Assembly (NCBI GenBank): GCA_963805945.1 | Contig: CAWDVP010000006.1 | Span: forward strand, 32,001 to 96,000 | Reading direction: 5' to 3' | DNA from: Vulcanimicrobiota bacterium | Lineage (GTDB): Bacteria; Vulcanimicrobiota; Vulcanimicrobiia; Eremiobacterales; Eremiobacteraceae | DNA length: 64,000 bases | Shown: positions 8,830 through 20,685 of the stretch, piece after piece | Layout: the number at the start of each line of letters is the position of its first letter | Position numbering within the stretch: position 1 is the first letter of the stretch | The notes under the pieces: model-generated | What the model saw: the letters and a program-made list of their open reading frames with translations, nothing else | The model's database searches: none | Told to the model about the DNA's origin: nothing | Made by a program: the position numbers and the translations under genes

Positions 8830-9531
8830 GTGCAAAGAACTTCCGACAAACCACTCGATGCGGTGCTGCTCAAGAAAGTGCCGCTCTTCAGCGAATTCTC
8901 AGACGAGGACCGCGCGACGGTCGCCTCGCTGATGATCGCGCGCCACTATCCCAAACATGCGGTGCTCGTGTACGAAGGCGACCCCGGCGATGCGCTGTTC
9001 ATCGTGGTGGACGGCAACGTTGCGGTGACGCGCGTGAGCAACGACGGCAAAGAGACCATCCTCACCATCTTGCGTGAAGGCGACTTCTTCGGCGAGATGG
9101 GCGTGCTCGACGGCTCGCCGCGCTCGGCGACGATCAAGTCGCTGCGCGACGTGGACGTGGCCATCTTGCCGCGCAGCGATTTCCTGAATCTGCTCGCGAA
9201 GAGCCCGGCGATGAGCCTGTCGCTCATCCTGGCGCTGTCCTCGCGCCTGCGCGAGACGAACCAAGCGATCCAAGCCGCGTCGTACCAGGATATCCGCACC
9301 CGCCTCGCCTCCTTGCTCATCCACCTCAGCAAGAACTTCGGCGAGGACGCCGAGAACGGCACGCGGCTGACCCTGCGGCTCACGAACCAAGAGATGGCCA
9401 ACATGATCGGCACCACCCGTGAGACCGTCAATCGCATGCTCAACCGCTTCTGGGATGAGAAGCTCATCGACATGCGCACCGCCAACATCGTGATCACGGA
9501 GATGGACAAGCTCAAGGCGATCGTGGCGTAG
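8830..9531 (+). CDS. Crp/Fnr-family transcriptional regulator (cNMP-binding domain plus HTH)
   Basis: FFGEM..DGSPRSAT cNMP pocket; HTH IGTTRETVNR. Confidence 0.93.
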   Translation: MQRTSDKPLDAVLLKKVPLFSEFSDEDRATVASLMIARHYPKHAVLVYEGDPGDALFIVVDGNVAVTRVSNDGKETILTILREGDFFGEMGVLDGSPRSATIKSLRDVDVAILPRSDFLNLLAKSPAMSLSLILALSSRLRETNQAIQAASYQDIRTRLASLLIHLSKNFGEDAENGTRLTLRLTNQEMANMIGTTRETVNRMLNRFWDEKLIDMRTANIVITEMDKLKAIVA

Positions 9532-9558
9532 GACGGTCGATGGCGGCCACGATATCTG

Positions 9559-9588
9559 AGGCGTCCCTATGAAGGGGACGCCTTTCTT
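9559..9588 (+). terminator. intrinsic terminator after the CRP gene
   Basis: aggcgtccc-tatgaag-gggacgcct-ttctt. Confidence 0.65.
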
Positions 9589-9621
9589 GTCCCCCAGGAG
9601 GCCTGGGGCGAATGAATGTTC

Positions 9622-9649
9622 TAAATCCCCGTCCCGGCTTTGCCGATGA
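9622..9649 (+). promoter_or_regulatory. sigma28-like promoter upstream of pilM
   Basis: TAAA-N16-GCCGATGA. Confidence 0.65.
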
Positions 9650-9725
9650 TAGATGCGTGAGGTGATTGTTCCGGTCACCTTGCCTTTACTAGATTCGGGA
9701 CTCGCGGGGATTGGATAGGACGTCC

Positions 9726-10838
9726 ATGTCGTTCCTCGGTCGTTTTTTCTCCCGAGGCGGGAGCCATCACATCGGCGTCGATTTCGGATCGTCCGAGATC
9801 AAGGCCGTGCAATTTGGATTTTCCTCACATGGCCCGACCCTCGAGCACGTGTATCGCATCCCGACGCCGGTGAACGCTGTCAAAGACGGAGTCATCGTCG
9901 ACCCGCCGGCGGTCGGCGAGGCGCTGAGGCAGCTGGTGGCCGACGGCGCGTTCACCGCGCGACGCGTCGTCTCGTCGGTGACGGGTCCGACGGTGGTGGT
10001 CCGTCAGGTGACGATGCCCGTGATGAGCGAGCGCGAACTCTTAGAATCCACGAAATACGAAGCCGAGCGCTTCTTGCCGTATTCGGTCGACGAAGCGCAG
10101 ATGGACGCGAAGATCCTCGGCAAAGCGGAAGATGGGCAGAACATGGACGTGCTTATCGTCGCCGCGCAGAAAGAGATCGTGCTTGCGCAGCTGTCGGCGA
10201 TGCAGGCCGCGGGCCTGCAGGCGGCAGTGGTCGAGATCGAGCCATTTGCCATGGTGCGCGCCATGTTGTCCCCGGAGGACCCAGCGTTCGAACAAAATGT
10301 CGCGATCATCAACATCGGCGCGTCCTCGACGAGCATCAACATCACCAAAGGCGGCTTCGTGCCGTTCACCCGCTACGTTCCCATCGGCGGCGACGCCCTG
10401 ACGAAGGCTATAGCCGGCGGCATGAACATCTCCATGGATGAAGCGGAGAAGATGAAGCGCGAGAAGGCGGCGATCATCACCCAAGGCTCGACCGACCCAG
10501 TGGCGCCGACCGTGACGCGGCTGTTCAACATCATCACGCCGCCGCTGACGGAGCTCGTCTCCGAGATCCACAAGTCGCTCGACTACTTCCGCACCCGTTT
10601 CCGCGGCGAGGTGATCGAGTCGGTCATCTTGGGCGGCGGTTCGGCGCGACTGGCGAACATCGAGGCGTTCTTGAGCCAAGAGCTCGGACTGCCCGTCACC
10701 ACCGCGGATCCGTTGGATCGTTCGAACTACAACGCGGTCGACTTCCCGGCCGAGTACCTGCGCGATATGAGCCCGGCGCTGATCGTGGCGGCCGGTCTCG
10801 CGCGCCGCGATCTCACCGAGTCCGGCAGGGCGGCATAG
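9726..10838 (+). CDS. pilM: type IV pilus assembly protein PilM
   Basis: IGVDFGSSEIK, INIGASST, ILGGGSARL actin-like fold; position in the operon. Confidence 0.93.
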   Translation: MSFLGRFFSRGGSHHIGVDFGSSEIKAVQFGFSSHGPTLEHVYRIPTPVNAVKDGVIVDPPAVGEALRQLVADGAFTARRVVSSVTGPTVVVRQVTMPVMSERELLESTKYEAERFLPYSVDEAQMDAKILGKAEDGQNMDVLIVAAQKEIVLAQLSAMQAAGLQAAVVEIEPFAMVRAMLSPEDPAFEQNVAIINIGASSTSINITKGGFVPFTRYVPIGGDALTKAIAGGMNISMDEAEKMKREKAAIITQGSTDPVAPTVTRLFNIITPPLTELVSEIHKSLDYFRTRFRGEVIESVILGGGSARLANIEAFLSQELGLPVTTADPLDRSNYNAVDFPAEYLRDMSPALIVAAGLARRDLTESGRAA

Positions 10839-10871
10839 TCGCATGGCACGAGTGAGCAGAGGGCGACGGCA

Positions 10872-11450
10872 GTGATCAATATCAACCTACTCCCGTCAGC
10901 ACAACGGCCGACGGTCGTCATCTTCGATCGCACGCTTGCGATCGGACTGACGCTCATCGCGCTGGAGCTGCTGGGGATCATCGGTTTCGCGCTGTATGAG
11001 AACAACATCATCCGCGGCCTGAACAACCAATACGCGGACCTGTCGCAGCGCGTGCTGGCCGAGCAAGCCGCGGTCAAGGAAGTAGACGACCTGCGCGATC
11101 AGGCGCAGCAGCTCCAGGCGAAGGCCGAGCTGCTCGAGCGGATCAAGCAGAGCCCGATCCAGTTGGCCGAGATCCTGACCGATTTGCGACATCAAGACCC
11201 GCGCGGCGTGTGGTATACCAACCTCGCGATCAGCCACAGCACCGCTGGCGGCTCCGTGAACATCCAAGGCAAGAGTTCGAGCTACCGCGATATCGCAGAC
11301 CTCATGTTGAACCTCGACGGCTCCGTGCTCTTCGGCGATTCACAGCTGGCCACGGCGGCGCAGCAGCTGCCGCAAGGTCAGCCGGTGCCCGGCGGCATCA
11401 CGTTCACCATGACAGGCCTGCTGAGCGCGGCGGTGGTCGGCCAACAATGA
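10872..11450 (+). CDS. pilN: PilN-like protein
   Basis: N-terminal INLLP motif, TM, coiled coil; follows pilM. Confidence 0.85.
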   Translation: MININLLPSAQRPTVVIFDRTLAIGLTLIALELLGIIGFALYENNIIRGLNNQYADLSQRVLAEQAAVKEVDDLRDQAQQLQAKAELLERIKQSPIQLAEILTDLRHQDPRGVWYTNLAISHSTAGGSVNIQGKSSSYRDIADLMLNLDGSVLFGDSQLATAAQQLPQGQPVPGGITFTMTGLLSAAVVGQQ

Positions 11451-12323
11451 ACATACAACTGAGCACCTTCAACCGCATCCTCATCGTCGGTGGCCTGTTC
11501 CTCGTAATCGCGCTGCTCGGTTTCTTCTTCGTGGTGCAGCCGAAGAAGAACCAAGAGGCGTCGACGATCGCACAGATCAACGACCTGCAGGGCCAGTACG
11601 ACGAGCTCAAGCGGGTAGCCGACCAAAAGCCGCTCTACCTCGCGCTCAACGAGCAGATCCGCAAGCGGCTCACCGGCGTCGAAGTGACCGCTGACCCGCG
11701 CTCGTACATCCCGTCATACTTGAAGCAGATCGAGGACCTCGCCAAGCGCGACGGCCTCATCGTCACCAGCGTCTCACCGCAAGCGACGCCGGCGCCGTCT
11801 CCGGTGCCTTCGGGCGCCCCGACGCCTGCCGCTGGGCCGCCCGTCACCAATCTCCCCGTCGTCGGCCAGCCCCTTAAGCAGGCGTCGCACGCGCTCGGCG
11901 CCGAGAACGCGCGCAGCCAGACGACGAACGAAGTCGATCGGCGGACCTAGCACCGCACCGCGCGGTCCGACGCCGCTGCCCGGACAGGCGCCCGGTACGA
12001 ATCCGCCCGGCGTCGAAGCGGGCTCGGCGCGCGCGGCCGCGTTGGCCTACCTCAACCAATCGTTCACCCAGGTGCCTGTCAATATGGAGTTCGAGGGCCG
12101 CTACGAACAGTTCGAGACCTTCTTGCGCGACCTGAGCAAGTTCCCGAAGCTGCTCGGCGTGGGCGACGTCACGCTGGTTCCGCTAAATACGGTCGCTGGC
12201 GTCGGGGTGAGCCCGCCTTTGAAGATCACGATGCCCGTCACCGCGTATCGGCTGAGCCCGAACGCGGCGCAGGCGCCTGGGCCTGTCACGCCGGTGGCGA
12301 GCCCGCGGCCCGGAGGTAAGTGA
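11447..12323 (+). CDS. pilO: PilO-like protein with a Pro-rich insert (frameshift near 11940)
   Basis: N-terminal TM plus coiled coil; C-terminal VPVNMEFEGRYEQFETFLRDL lies in the second frame. Confidence 0.78.
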
Positions 12324-12838
12324 TGAAGACGCTCACGCTCGTATTCGTCCTCTGCGCGTCCGTCGCGATCGCCGCATGCGGCGCGCCGCCGCCGGCCGCT
12401 CAGGGCCCGGTGGCCATCGTAAAGCACCCGAACGACGCGCCGCCGCCGGTGCTTTCCACGCCGGTGCCGGTGGTGAAGTCGAAAGTGAACCCCAACGCTG
12501 GCCGCAGCGATCCGTTCGCGGCTCTGTACGGACAGGGAGCCGCTAGCGGCACGCCGCGCCGCCTCGCAGCGAACGCCTATCCGAAGATCCCCACGCTGCC
12601 GGGATTCGAGGGCGCGCCGGGCGGCGGCAAAGTCGCTTCGGTGTGGGACGGCGTCCGCGTTAGCGGCATCGTGCAGGCCAATGGGTATTCAGCGATCATC
12701 GAGGCAGACGGCAAATCATACGTCGTCCGCGAGGGCGAGTCGATCGCCAACAACAGGATTCGCGTCACGGCCATCGGGCCCGGATACGTCACGCTTTCGT
12801 CCGCCGAGGGCGTGCGAAACTTCTCGTTAGGGGGATAA
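12320..12838 (+). CDS. PilP-like lipoprotein
   Basis: Lipobox IAAC, GRSDPF motif, SGIV..SAIIE..YVVREGE; lies between pilO and pilQ. Confidence 0.7.
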   Translation: MMKTLTLVFVLCASVAIAACGAPPPAAQGPVAIVKHPNDAPPPVLSTPVPVVKSKVNPNAGRSDPFAALYGQGAASGTPRRLAANAYPKIPTLPGFEGAPGGGKVASVWDGVRVSGIVQANGYSAIIEADGKSYVVREGESIANNRIRVTAIGPGYVTLSSAEGVRNFSLGG

Positions 12839-12840
12839 CC

Positions 12841-14780
12841 ATGCAAGGGCATTTTAGGTCGTCTACGGCCTGGCTGATGGGAGGAGTGCTCGCGTTGAGC
12901 TTGCTCCCGCTCCCGCAGCAGGGTCGAGCCGCCACGAATCCGGTGACCGACGTGCGCTACGGCAGCCAGGACGGCGCTTTCCACGTGACCGTGGTCGCCG
13001 GCAGCACGGTCAGCACGAGCGTGCACAAATTCTCCATCGACTCCACAAAGGACGTGCAGGACTTGGTGGTCGACGTCGCTCCGGCGACCTACGACGGGCG
13101 CACCAAGGTCATCGCGTTCTCGGACGGACCGATCCGGCAAGTCCGCGTCGGCCAGCTGTCGGATTCGCCGGCGGTCATGCGGATCGTCGTGGAGTCCAAC
13201 GGCGCCGCTAAATACGACCTCCACCAGGGCAACGGTCAGACCGTCACCCTCGCGCTTGCGACGACGCAGCAGGGCCACGCGCTCGATGCCAGCGACGCCG
13301 CTACGGCGGCTCGTGTCGCCGCGGCACGGCCGGCTCAAGCGATCGATAGCGGCTCCGCTGCTCCCGCCCCTGTCACACACACGGCGAGCGCGCCCGCCCC
13401 CGTCGCGCACGCCGCAGTCGCCCCGCCTGCTCCAGCGCCGAAAGTCGTCGCGGCAGCGGCACCGCTGGTCACGGCCCGCGCGACCCCGAATCCGTGGCTG
13501 CCGGGCGGCAAGTACTACTGCAAGGTTCCCGGTGCGCATAACAACGCCACGACGACAAGTGCGGTCTCGCCCTCGACGGCTTCGTACCCGGCAGCGCCGG
13601 CGGGCGGATCGGTAGGCGCGACGCATCCGTCGGGCACGGTTTCCATCGACGTGAAGAACGGTGACCTGCTCGACACGATCCGGCTGCTCGCGCAGGAGAG
13701 CGGCCAGAACATCGTCACGACGTCGAGCGTCAAGGGCACCGTCTCCGTGAGCCTCCACGACGTGCCGCTCCGGCAAGCGCTCGATCTGATCGTGCGCACC
13801 AATGGCTTGGAGTATCGCGAGGTCGGCAACGTCTACGTCGTCGGCACGCCGGACGAGCTGACGAAACAGTTCGGCTCGGCCGGACAAGCGACGCAGACGG
13901 TCGCGTTCCCAATCCGCTATTCCACTCCAGCTGGATCTGGCCAAACAGCTCAACACCGTGCTGCCGCAGAGGCTCCTTCACGGTCGACGCCCGGACGGAT
14001 ACGCTGCTCGTCAACGGCACGCCAGAGGTGATCCAATCGGCGCGCAATTTCCTCGCGCTCGCCGACGTGCCGGCGCCGCAAGTGATGTTCGAGGTCAAAG
14101 TTCTCGAAGTCATCAAGAACAACGATAACAGCAACGTCGGCGTCGCCTTCGACGGCTCATCGCGGCTGGGGCTGTTCGAGAACTGCATCACCTGCAGCGG
14201 TCCGCAGACCTTCCCGACGATCCCGCAGAGCGGCAACCCGATCGCGCCGCAGCCGTTCACGCGCAGCGCGATCACGGTCGGCGCGACCATCAACTACCTC
14301 ATCACGCACAACCAGGCGCAGACCCTCGCGGATCCGCGCGTGGAAGCGCTCAACAACCAGCAGGCGAAGCTGCTCGTCGGCCAGACCTATCCGATCGTGT
14401 ATTACAGCTCGCAGGCGGGCCAGTTCCAGGTGCAGTACATCGACGTCGGCGTGATCCTCAACGTGACGCCCGTGATCAACACGGACGGCTACATCACGAC
14501 GGTGCTGCACGTCGAGCGCAGCACGATCGCAGGTCTGGTGCAGAACCAATACCCGATCCTCAACAACCGCAAGATCGACAACACACTGCGCGTCAAGGAC
14601 GGCGACACCATCGTCATGGGCGGTCTGATCGACGACCAGACCACCAAGACCATCACGAAGGTGCCGCTGCTCGGCGACATCCCGATCCTCGGCGTGCTGT
14701 TCAAGAACGTCGAACAGACGAAGATCCACGGCGAGGTCGTCTTCCTGATCACCCCGCACATCGTCGGAGAGCGGATCTAG
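12841..14780 (+). CDS. pilQ: secretin PilQ with N-terminal AMIN-like domain (frameshift near 13930)
   Basis: Signal peptide, AMIN-like VRVGQ..MRIVVE, N0 domain, [35 protein letters not shown]. Confidence 0.9.
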
Positions 14781-14839
14781 ACGAGCGCGGAAACGGCGAA
14801 GCGGGGGCGGCTACGGCTGCCTCCGTTTTCATTCGAGCG

Positions 14840-16014
14840 ATGATACGCTACCTCACCGCAGGCGAATCGCACGGGCCGGCGCTCGTCGGCATCATCGACG
14901 GGCTGCCCGCCGGCATGCGCCTCGACATGGCCGCGCTGTCCGATGAGCTCGCGGCGCGCCAATCCGGCTACGGCCGCGGCGGCCGCATGAAGATCGAGCG
15001 CGACGCGGTGGACATCCTGGCGGGGGTGCGCGGCGGCATAACCTTAGGCTCGCCGGTCGCGCTGGTCATCGTCAACAAGGACTTCGAGAACAACCGCGCC
15101 CTGATGGATCCGCTCACGGGCGCGGGGCCGCCGATCACGCGGCCGCGGCCGGGCCACGCGGACTACGCGGGCGCGCTGAAGTTCCGCCACCGGGATCTGC
15201 GCAACGTGCTCGAGCGCGCCAGCGCGCGCGAGACGGCGATGCGGGTGGCGCTCGGCGCGATTGGCGCGCCAGTACCTGAGGTGTGTTCGGCGTCACAATT
15301 TCCGGCCACGTCACGCAAATCGGAGACGTCGAGTCGCGCGGGCAAGCGGACCCGCCCGATAAAAAGAGTATACAGAGATCACCGGTGCGGTGTCCTGACG
15401 CGGAAGCGTCGGCCCGCATGGTCGAGCGCATCGACGCCGCACGGCGCGACGGCGACACGCTCGGCGGCGTTTTCGAAGTGAGGGCGAGCCGCATGCCGGT
15501 GGGGATCGGCAGCAATCGCCAGCCGTGGGAACGCCTGGACGCGCGCATCGCGGCCGCGATGATGAGCATCCAGACGGCCAAGGCCGTGGAGATCGGCGCT
15601 ATCGCGCGCGATCTCACCGGCAGCGGTTCCCACGACGTGTTCGAGAAGCGCGGCGACGCGATCGCGCGCGGCTCGAACCGGGCGGGCGGCATCGAAGGCG
15701 GCATGTCGAACGGCGAGGACATCGTCGTCCGCGTGACGGTGAAGCCCATAGCGACGCTGATGCGGCCGCTCGCGTCGGTGGATCTGAAGACAGGTGAGGC
15801 GGCGCCGGCCGCCGTGGTGCGCAGCGACGTCTGCGCGGTGCCGGCGGCGTCGGTGATAGGCGAGGCGATGGTGAGCCTCGCGTTGGCGGAGGCGTTCTCC
15901 GAGAAGTACGGGGGCGATTCCGTCGAAGAGGTCAGGGAGAATTTCCAAGCGTCGCAACGAGGAGCGGCGCGCGTGTTCGGTGAGGAAAAGCCGGCGAGCC
16001 CGCTAGAGCAGTAG
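14840..16014 (+). CDS. aroC: chorismate synthase (frameshift near 15270)
   Basis: [44 protein letters not shown]. Confidence 0.93.
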
Positions 16015-16029
16015 AAAAAGGCGTGCATC

Positions 16030-18721
16030 GTGGCACAACCAGGCGCGACTCCGGGCGACCCGTCCGCCAGCCAAACGGCTGCCGGCGCTGCGGCGTTTCT
16101 CGATGAGGCGCGCGACAAGCTCAACGGCAATGATCCAGCCGGCGCGCTGATCTGCCTGAAGACCGTCGCCGGGCTGGCCGGCTGTCCGCCCGATCTCTTG
16201 ATCGAGGCGGCGAAACTGTTGGTGCAGGCGGGCGATTCGCAAGGCGCGATCGAGAGCTATCTGCAGGCCGGCACCGCCTACATCCGCGGCAAAGAGTTCG
16301 CGAAGGCGCGCCAGGCTTTGCAAGCGGGGCATGCGCTCGACGCGCACAACCTCGACGTCATCTTCATGCTCGGACAGGCCGACGTGAGCGAAGGCCGCAT
16401 CCAGGACGGCCTGGCGAAATTCATCGACGTGCTGCGCAAGTCGAACCTCAAGCATATCCCGGCGCTCTTCGAAGCGGGCTGCATCTACCAGCTCAACGGC
16501 CAGTACGATCAGGCGATGCTCGCGTTCAAGAAGGTGCTGGACCGCGATAAGACCCACGTCCAGGCGACGGTGCGCATCGGCCAGCTCTTCCAGAGCAAGG
16601 AGCACATGGGCGACGCGATCGCCTACTACATCCAAGCCGCCCAAGTCGCGCGCGAGTGCGAGCATTGGAGCTCCGCGCGCCAGATCGCGAGCATGGTGCT
16701 CGCGCTGGATCCGCAGAACCAAAAGGCGCGCTTCATCCTCGACGATCTCGAGGAACAAGGCCACGGTGCGGACGAGGCAGAGCCGGCCATCTCCGCCGTG
16801 CCGCCCGTTCCGGTGAAGGCCGCTGCTGCGGCCGACCCTCGAGCCAAACCGGTGCCGCAAAATCCGATGGCGGCCAAAGCGCCGCTCGGCAAAGCGCCGC
16901 CACCGCCGGCTCCCGCGGCCGCGCCGAAAGCCACAGCCCACGCCACCGCCTGCGGCGCCGCAGCCGGCAGCCGCGGAGGCGAAGAAGCCCGCGCCGCTGC
17001 AGCCCAGGCCCACAAGCCAGCCGCCGCCCACGCCTGTCGTAGCGCAGATGGCCGCGAAAGGCGCCGCGGTGCGCCCGCCGCAGCCGGAGCCGGAGAAACC
17101 GGCCGCGCCCCAGCCTGCGCCCGCCGCCACGGCGTCGCAGCCGGAGCCGGAGAAGCCGGCCGCAGACGCGACCGATGCGGACCTGGAGCGTGCGCGCCAG
17201 ATGCTGAACGCGATCGAGATGCAGCGGCAAGCGGCGCAGGCCGACCTGCAGATGCTGCTCACCGCGCGCGAAGAATTGCAAAAAGCCCTGGCGGAGCAGC
17301 GGACCATTCTCGAGTCCGCGGCGATGCGCAAGACGGAGCTCGATGCGCAAATAGCCGCGAGCTCGGCGACGCTGGAAGAAGGCAAGGCGGCGGTCGAAGC
17401 GGACAGCGCGCAGGGCGCCGCACGCGATGAGGCGAGAGCCGGCCTTACGGCGGAGCGCGAGAGCCTCGAGAAGGCGGTCGCGCAGCTGCGGGCCGACGCC
17501 GAAGCGCTCGCGCAGCAGAAAGCCGCCGACGAGAGGACCATCAAAGAGCTGATCGGGCTGCGCGACACGACTGCTGCGGAAGTGGCGGCATTCACGGCCA
17601 AGATGCAGGACGCGAAACGCCTCACGGATGAGCTCGAAGCGGCCCATGCCGCTGCCGCGGCCGATCCGAACGCGCAGGCGCGCACGCGGGCTGAAGCTGA
17701 GAGCGTCGAGGCGGCACTGGCCGCGCTGCAGGCGAAGATCGCCGAAGCGTCGCGCCAAGCCGCAGAGGCCGACGCGATCCGCGCGCAGCGCCAAAGCGAA
17801 GCGGACGCGCTCACGCAGCGCGTCGGCGCGCTGACCGCGACCGTCAAGGATCTCGAGCAGCGAGCCGCCGCACCAGCGGCGTCGGCTGCAGCGCCCGTGA
17901 GCCAGCCCAACGTCGGACCGCAAGGCGCACATGCGCGCGCGGCGGCGCATCTCGCGGCGGGCGAGTTCGACAAAGCGATCGCCGCCTACGCTCAGGCTTT
18001 CGAGACGAACCCGCAGGACGCCGGCGCCGCGTATCAGGCCGGCGCGTTGATGGCCGAACACAGCGCAGACCTGGAAGGCGCGGAGCGCCTGCTCCAGCAG
18101 GCGGCCGATCTGCGGCCGGACCACGCGGCGACCCGCTATCAGCTCGCGGTGGTGAAGGCGCGGCGCGGCAATGTGGTCGAGGGCGCGGAGCTGCTGACCT
18201 CGCTCGCGCGCACCGACGCCAATAACGGCGACTTCGTCGATCAGTTCGTCGAGCGGTTGGAGAAAGAGGCGCAGCCGGGCGACCTGGGCGCGCGCTACCG
18301 CCTCGGCGTGGCGTATCGCGAACTCGGCCGCATCGAAGAGGCGCTCGTCATGCTGCAGTCGATCCAGCACGAGACGGAGTTCGTCGTGCCGTGCCTCATC
18401 GCGATCGGCTTGTGCCTGCGCCGGCAAGGCCTCGACGGCGCGGCCGCCAAGCGCTTCGCGAAGGCGATCGAGACGCCCGGCTATCCCGAGCCGCTGTACC
18501 TCGAGGCGCTCTACAATCTCGGCGATCTATACGAGGCGAAGGGCACACAAGAGTCGCTCGCCCTCGCGCTGTCCTCGTTCGAAGAGCTGTACGCGCGCGA
18601 TATCGCCTATCGCGACATCGGCGAGCGCGTGCGCGTGGTGAAGACCAATCTGAGCTCCGCCGAACGGCAGAAGATCAAACGGCTGCCGACGCGGCTCGCG
18701 GACAGCCAGGGGAACCAATGA
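16030..18721 (+). CDS. large TPR protein: N-terminal TPRs, Pro/Ala linker, coiled coil, C-terminal TPRs (frameshift near 16930)
   Basis: ORFs 16030..17430 and 17048..18721 join at the linker; TPR-like repeats such as ARYRLGVAYRELGRIEEA. Confidence 0.75.
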
Positions 18722-19512
18722 GCGCGCGACGGAGCACTGCCGACGAGCTGCGCAAGAAAGCGGAGCAGAAGCATCGGCGCAAAGGCATCGCAGAGGCCGC
18801 GCCGCTGTACCGGCAAAGCGCGCTCGCCTTGCTCGCCGACGGCCGCGAGCACGATGCGGCGGCGATGCTGCAAGCGGCGCTGTCGGATGACGGCAACGAG
18901 AGCTCGTCGCAGCAACGCGACCTGCGCAAGCTCGCCGCGGAGACGCTTGCATCCATCCACAATATGCCGGCCGCGATCAGCGAGTACGAGGAGTACGTGA
19001 AGTCGGGGACGCCCGAGGCCTCCACCTTGCGCGCGCTTGCAGAGCTCTACGTGACGGCGGGCAAGACGAACATCGCCATCGAGCGCCTGCGGCGCGCGGT
19101 GGAGCGAGGCATCGGCGAGGGTGACATCGTCGAAGCGGCGACCGCCGCCGGTCGCGTCGCCGATCTCATGCCCGAGTCGACCGACGCGGCGGTGCAGCAG
19201 GTGGTGCTCCTGCGGAACATCGCGGACGAGCGGCTGGAGAGGGCGCTCGACCATTTGGCGGCGCTCTATCGGGCGCAGGAGAAGCTCTCCCAGGAGGTGG
19301 CCGTCGGCGAGGAGTTGCTCGCGATCGCGCCGAGCCGCGACGATGTCCGCCACCGGCTCGCCAGCCTGTATACCCGGATCCTCGAGATGGACCCGCATGA
19401 CGACGCCGCCTGGCAGGGTCTGCGCAAGGTGGACGGCGAGCTCTCCGAGCAGTTGGCCGTGCTCCTCATGGACGAACTCGCGGACAAGCAGACTCGCACG
19501 AAAGCGAGCTGA
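18718..19512 (+). CDS. TPR-like alpha-helical protein
   Basis: ATG overlaps the upstream stop; TPR-like helices. Confidence 0.65.
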   Translation: MSARRSTADELRKKAEQKHRRKGIAEAAPLYRQSALALLADGREHDAAAMLQAALSDDGNESSSQQRDLRKLAAETLASIHNMPAAISEYEEYVKSGTPEASTLRALAELYVTAGKTNIAIERLRRAVERGIGEGDIVEAATAAGRVADLMPESTDAAVQQVVLLRNIADERLERALDHLAALYRAQEKLSQEVAVGEELLAIAPSRDDVRHRLASLYTRILEMDPHDDAAWQGLRKVDGELSEQLAVLLMDELADKQTRTKAS

Positions 19513-19565
19513 TTTTGGCGCGCGTTGCGGGACTCCGGTGCCGCACGAGAGAACCGGGCTGACGA

Positions 19566-20150
19566 GTGTACGCGAAGCGGAAAAGACCATTTTCCTCGCT
19601 CCAGTTCGCGCTGACCGTCATCTTGGTCGCGCTCCTGTTCGTGCTTGCGCTCGCCGCGATCACGCGCGAAGCGGTCGGCGAGCCGGTCGTGCCGCCGCAG
19701 GTCGTCGACTTGTTCCACAAGCAGACCCCCGTGCTGCCGCAAGGCTTCAACTACGACTTCGAAGTGCTCGATCCGATGACCCAAAAGCCGATATCGCAGA
19801 TCCCGCCCGCTGGACAAGTCGAACTGCGGCTCGCGGTCACGAACGATTCGCCGCTGCCGAAGACGCTGGATTTTCCCACCTCGCTGCAGGCCGAATTCAT
19901 CGCGCGGCGCGTCGAGACGTTCCTCGGCGGCTTGTTCGTGTTGCCGCTCGAGGTGTGGCGCTCGTCGTACTTCCATAACATCTCGCACACGCCGACCTCG
20001 CTGATCTTCACTCCGGGTGAGACCAAGGTGTTCACGTCGCTGTGGACCTTCAAGCAGACCGGCGACGAGAGCGTGCCGGTGGGCGACTACCGGTTGCTGG
20101 CGAAGTTCTACGGCGCCACCATCCTTGTCCGTATCTCCAAGCCGGAGTGA
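19566..20150 (+). CDS. membrane-anchored protein with a BsuPI-like (intracellular proteinase inhibitor) domain
   Basis: N-terminal TM; pattern LDFPTS..EVWRSS..TPGETKVFTSLW..GDY. Confidence 0.55.
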   Translation: MYAKRKRPFSSLQFALTVILVALLFVLALAAITREAVGEPVVPPQVVDLFHKQTPVLPQGFNYDFEVLDPMTQKPISQIPPAGQVELRLAVTNDSPLPKTLDFPTSLQAEFIARRVETFLGGLFVLPLEVWRSSYFHNISHTPTSLIFTPGETKVFTSLWTFKQTGDESVPVGDYRLLAKFYGATILVRISKPE

Positions 20151-20685
20151 TCCCCGACGCGGGAGCGTCGCCCTCACGGGCTTCATGGGCGCCGGCAAGA
20201 GCACGGTCGGGCGCCGGCTCGCCAAACTGCTGGCGTTGCCCTTCGTCGACACCGACGCGGAGATCGCGCGCGTGCACGGGCCGATCGAGGCCATCTTCGC
20301 ACAGCACGGCGAAGCGAAATTCCGCGAGTACGAACGCGAGGCGCTGCTCCAGCTCGCCGCACGCGCGCCATGCGTCATCGCCGTCGGCGGCGGGGCGATC
20401 GTCGCGCCTGAGAACCGCGCGCTGCTTCGCGCGCACGGCGTGATCGTGCATCTGGATATCTCGGCTGCCGCGGCGCATCGGCGCGTGTTGCGCCGCACGC
20501 ATCGGCCGTTGCTCGGTGCGACTCCGGAGTTCTCAGTCGTGCGGACGTTGCTCCGGCAGCGCGCGCCGGCATATGCAGATAACGACTTCAGCGTCGCGGT
20601 CGAAGGCAAGAGCCCGGGGGCGATCGCACAGCTCATCGCGGCGTGGTACAACCGCAGCGATACGGCGAGCAAGGGCGGGAAATGA
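20147..20685 (+). CDS. aroK: shikimate kinase (start uncertain)
   Basis: GFMGAGKSTVG, FVDTD, GEAKFREYE, GGG, RPLL. Confidence 0.9.
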
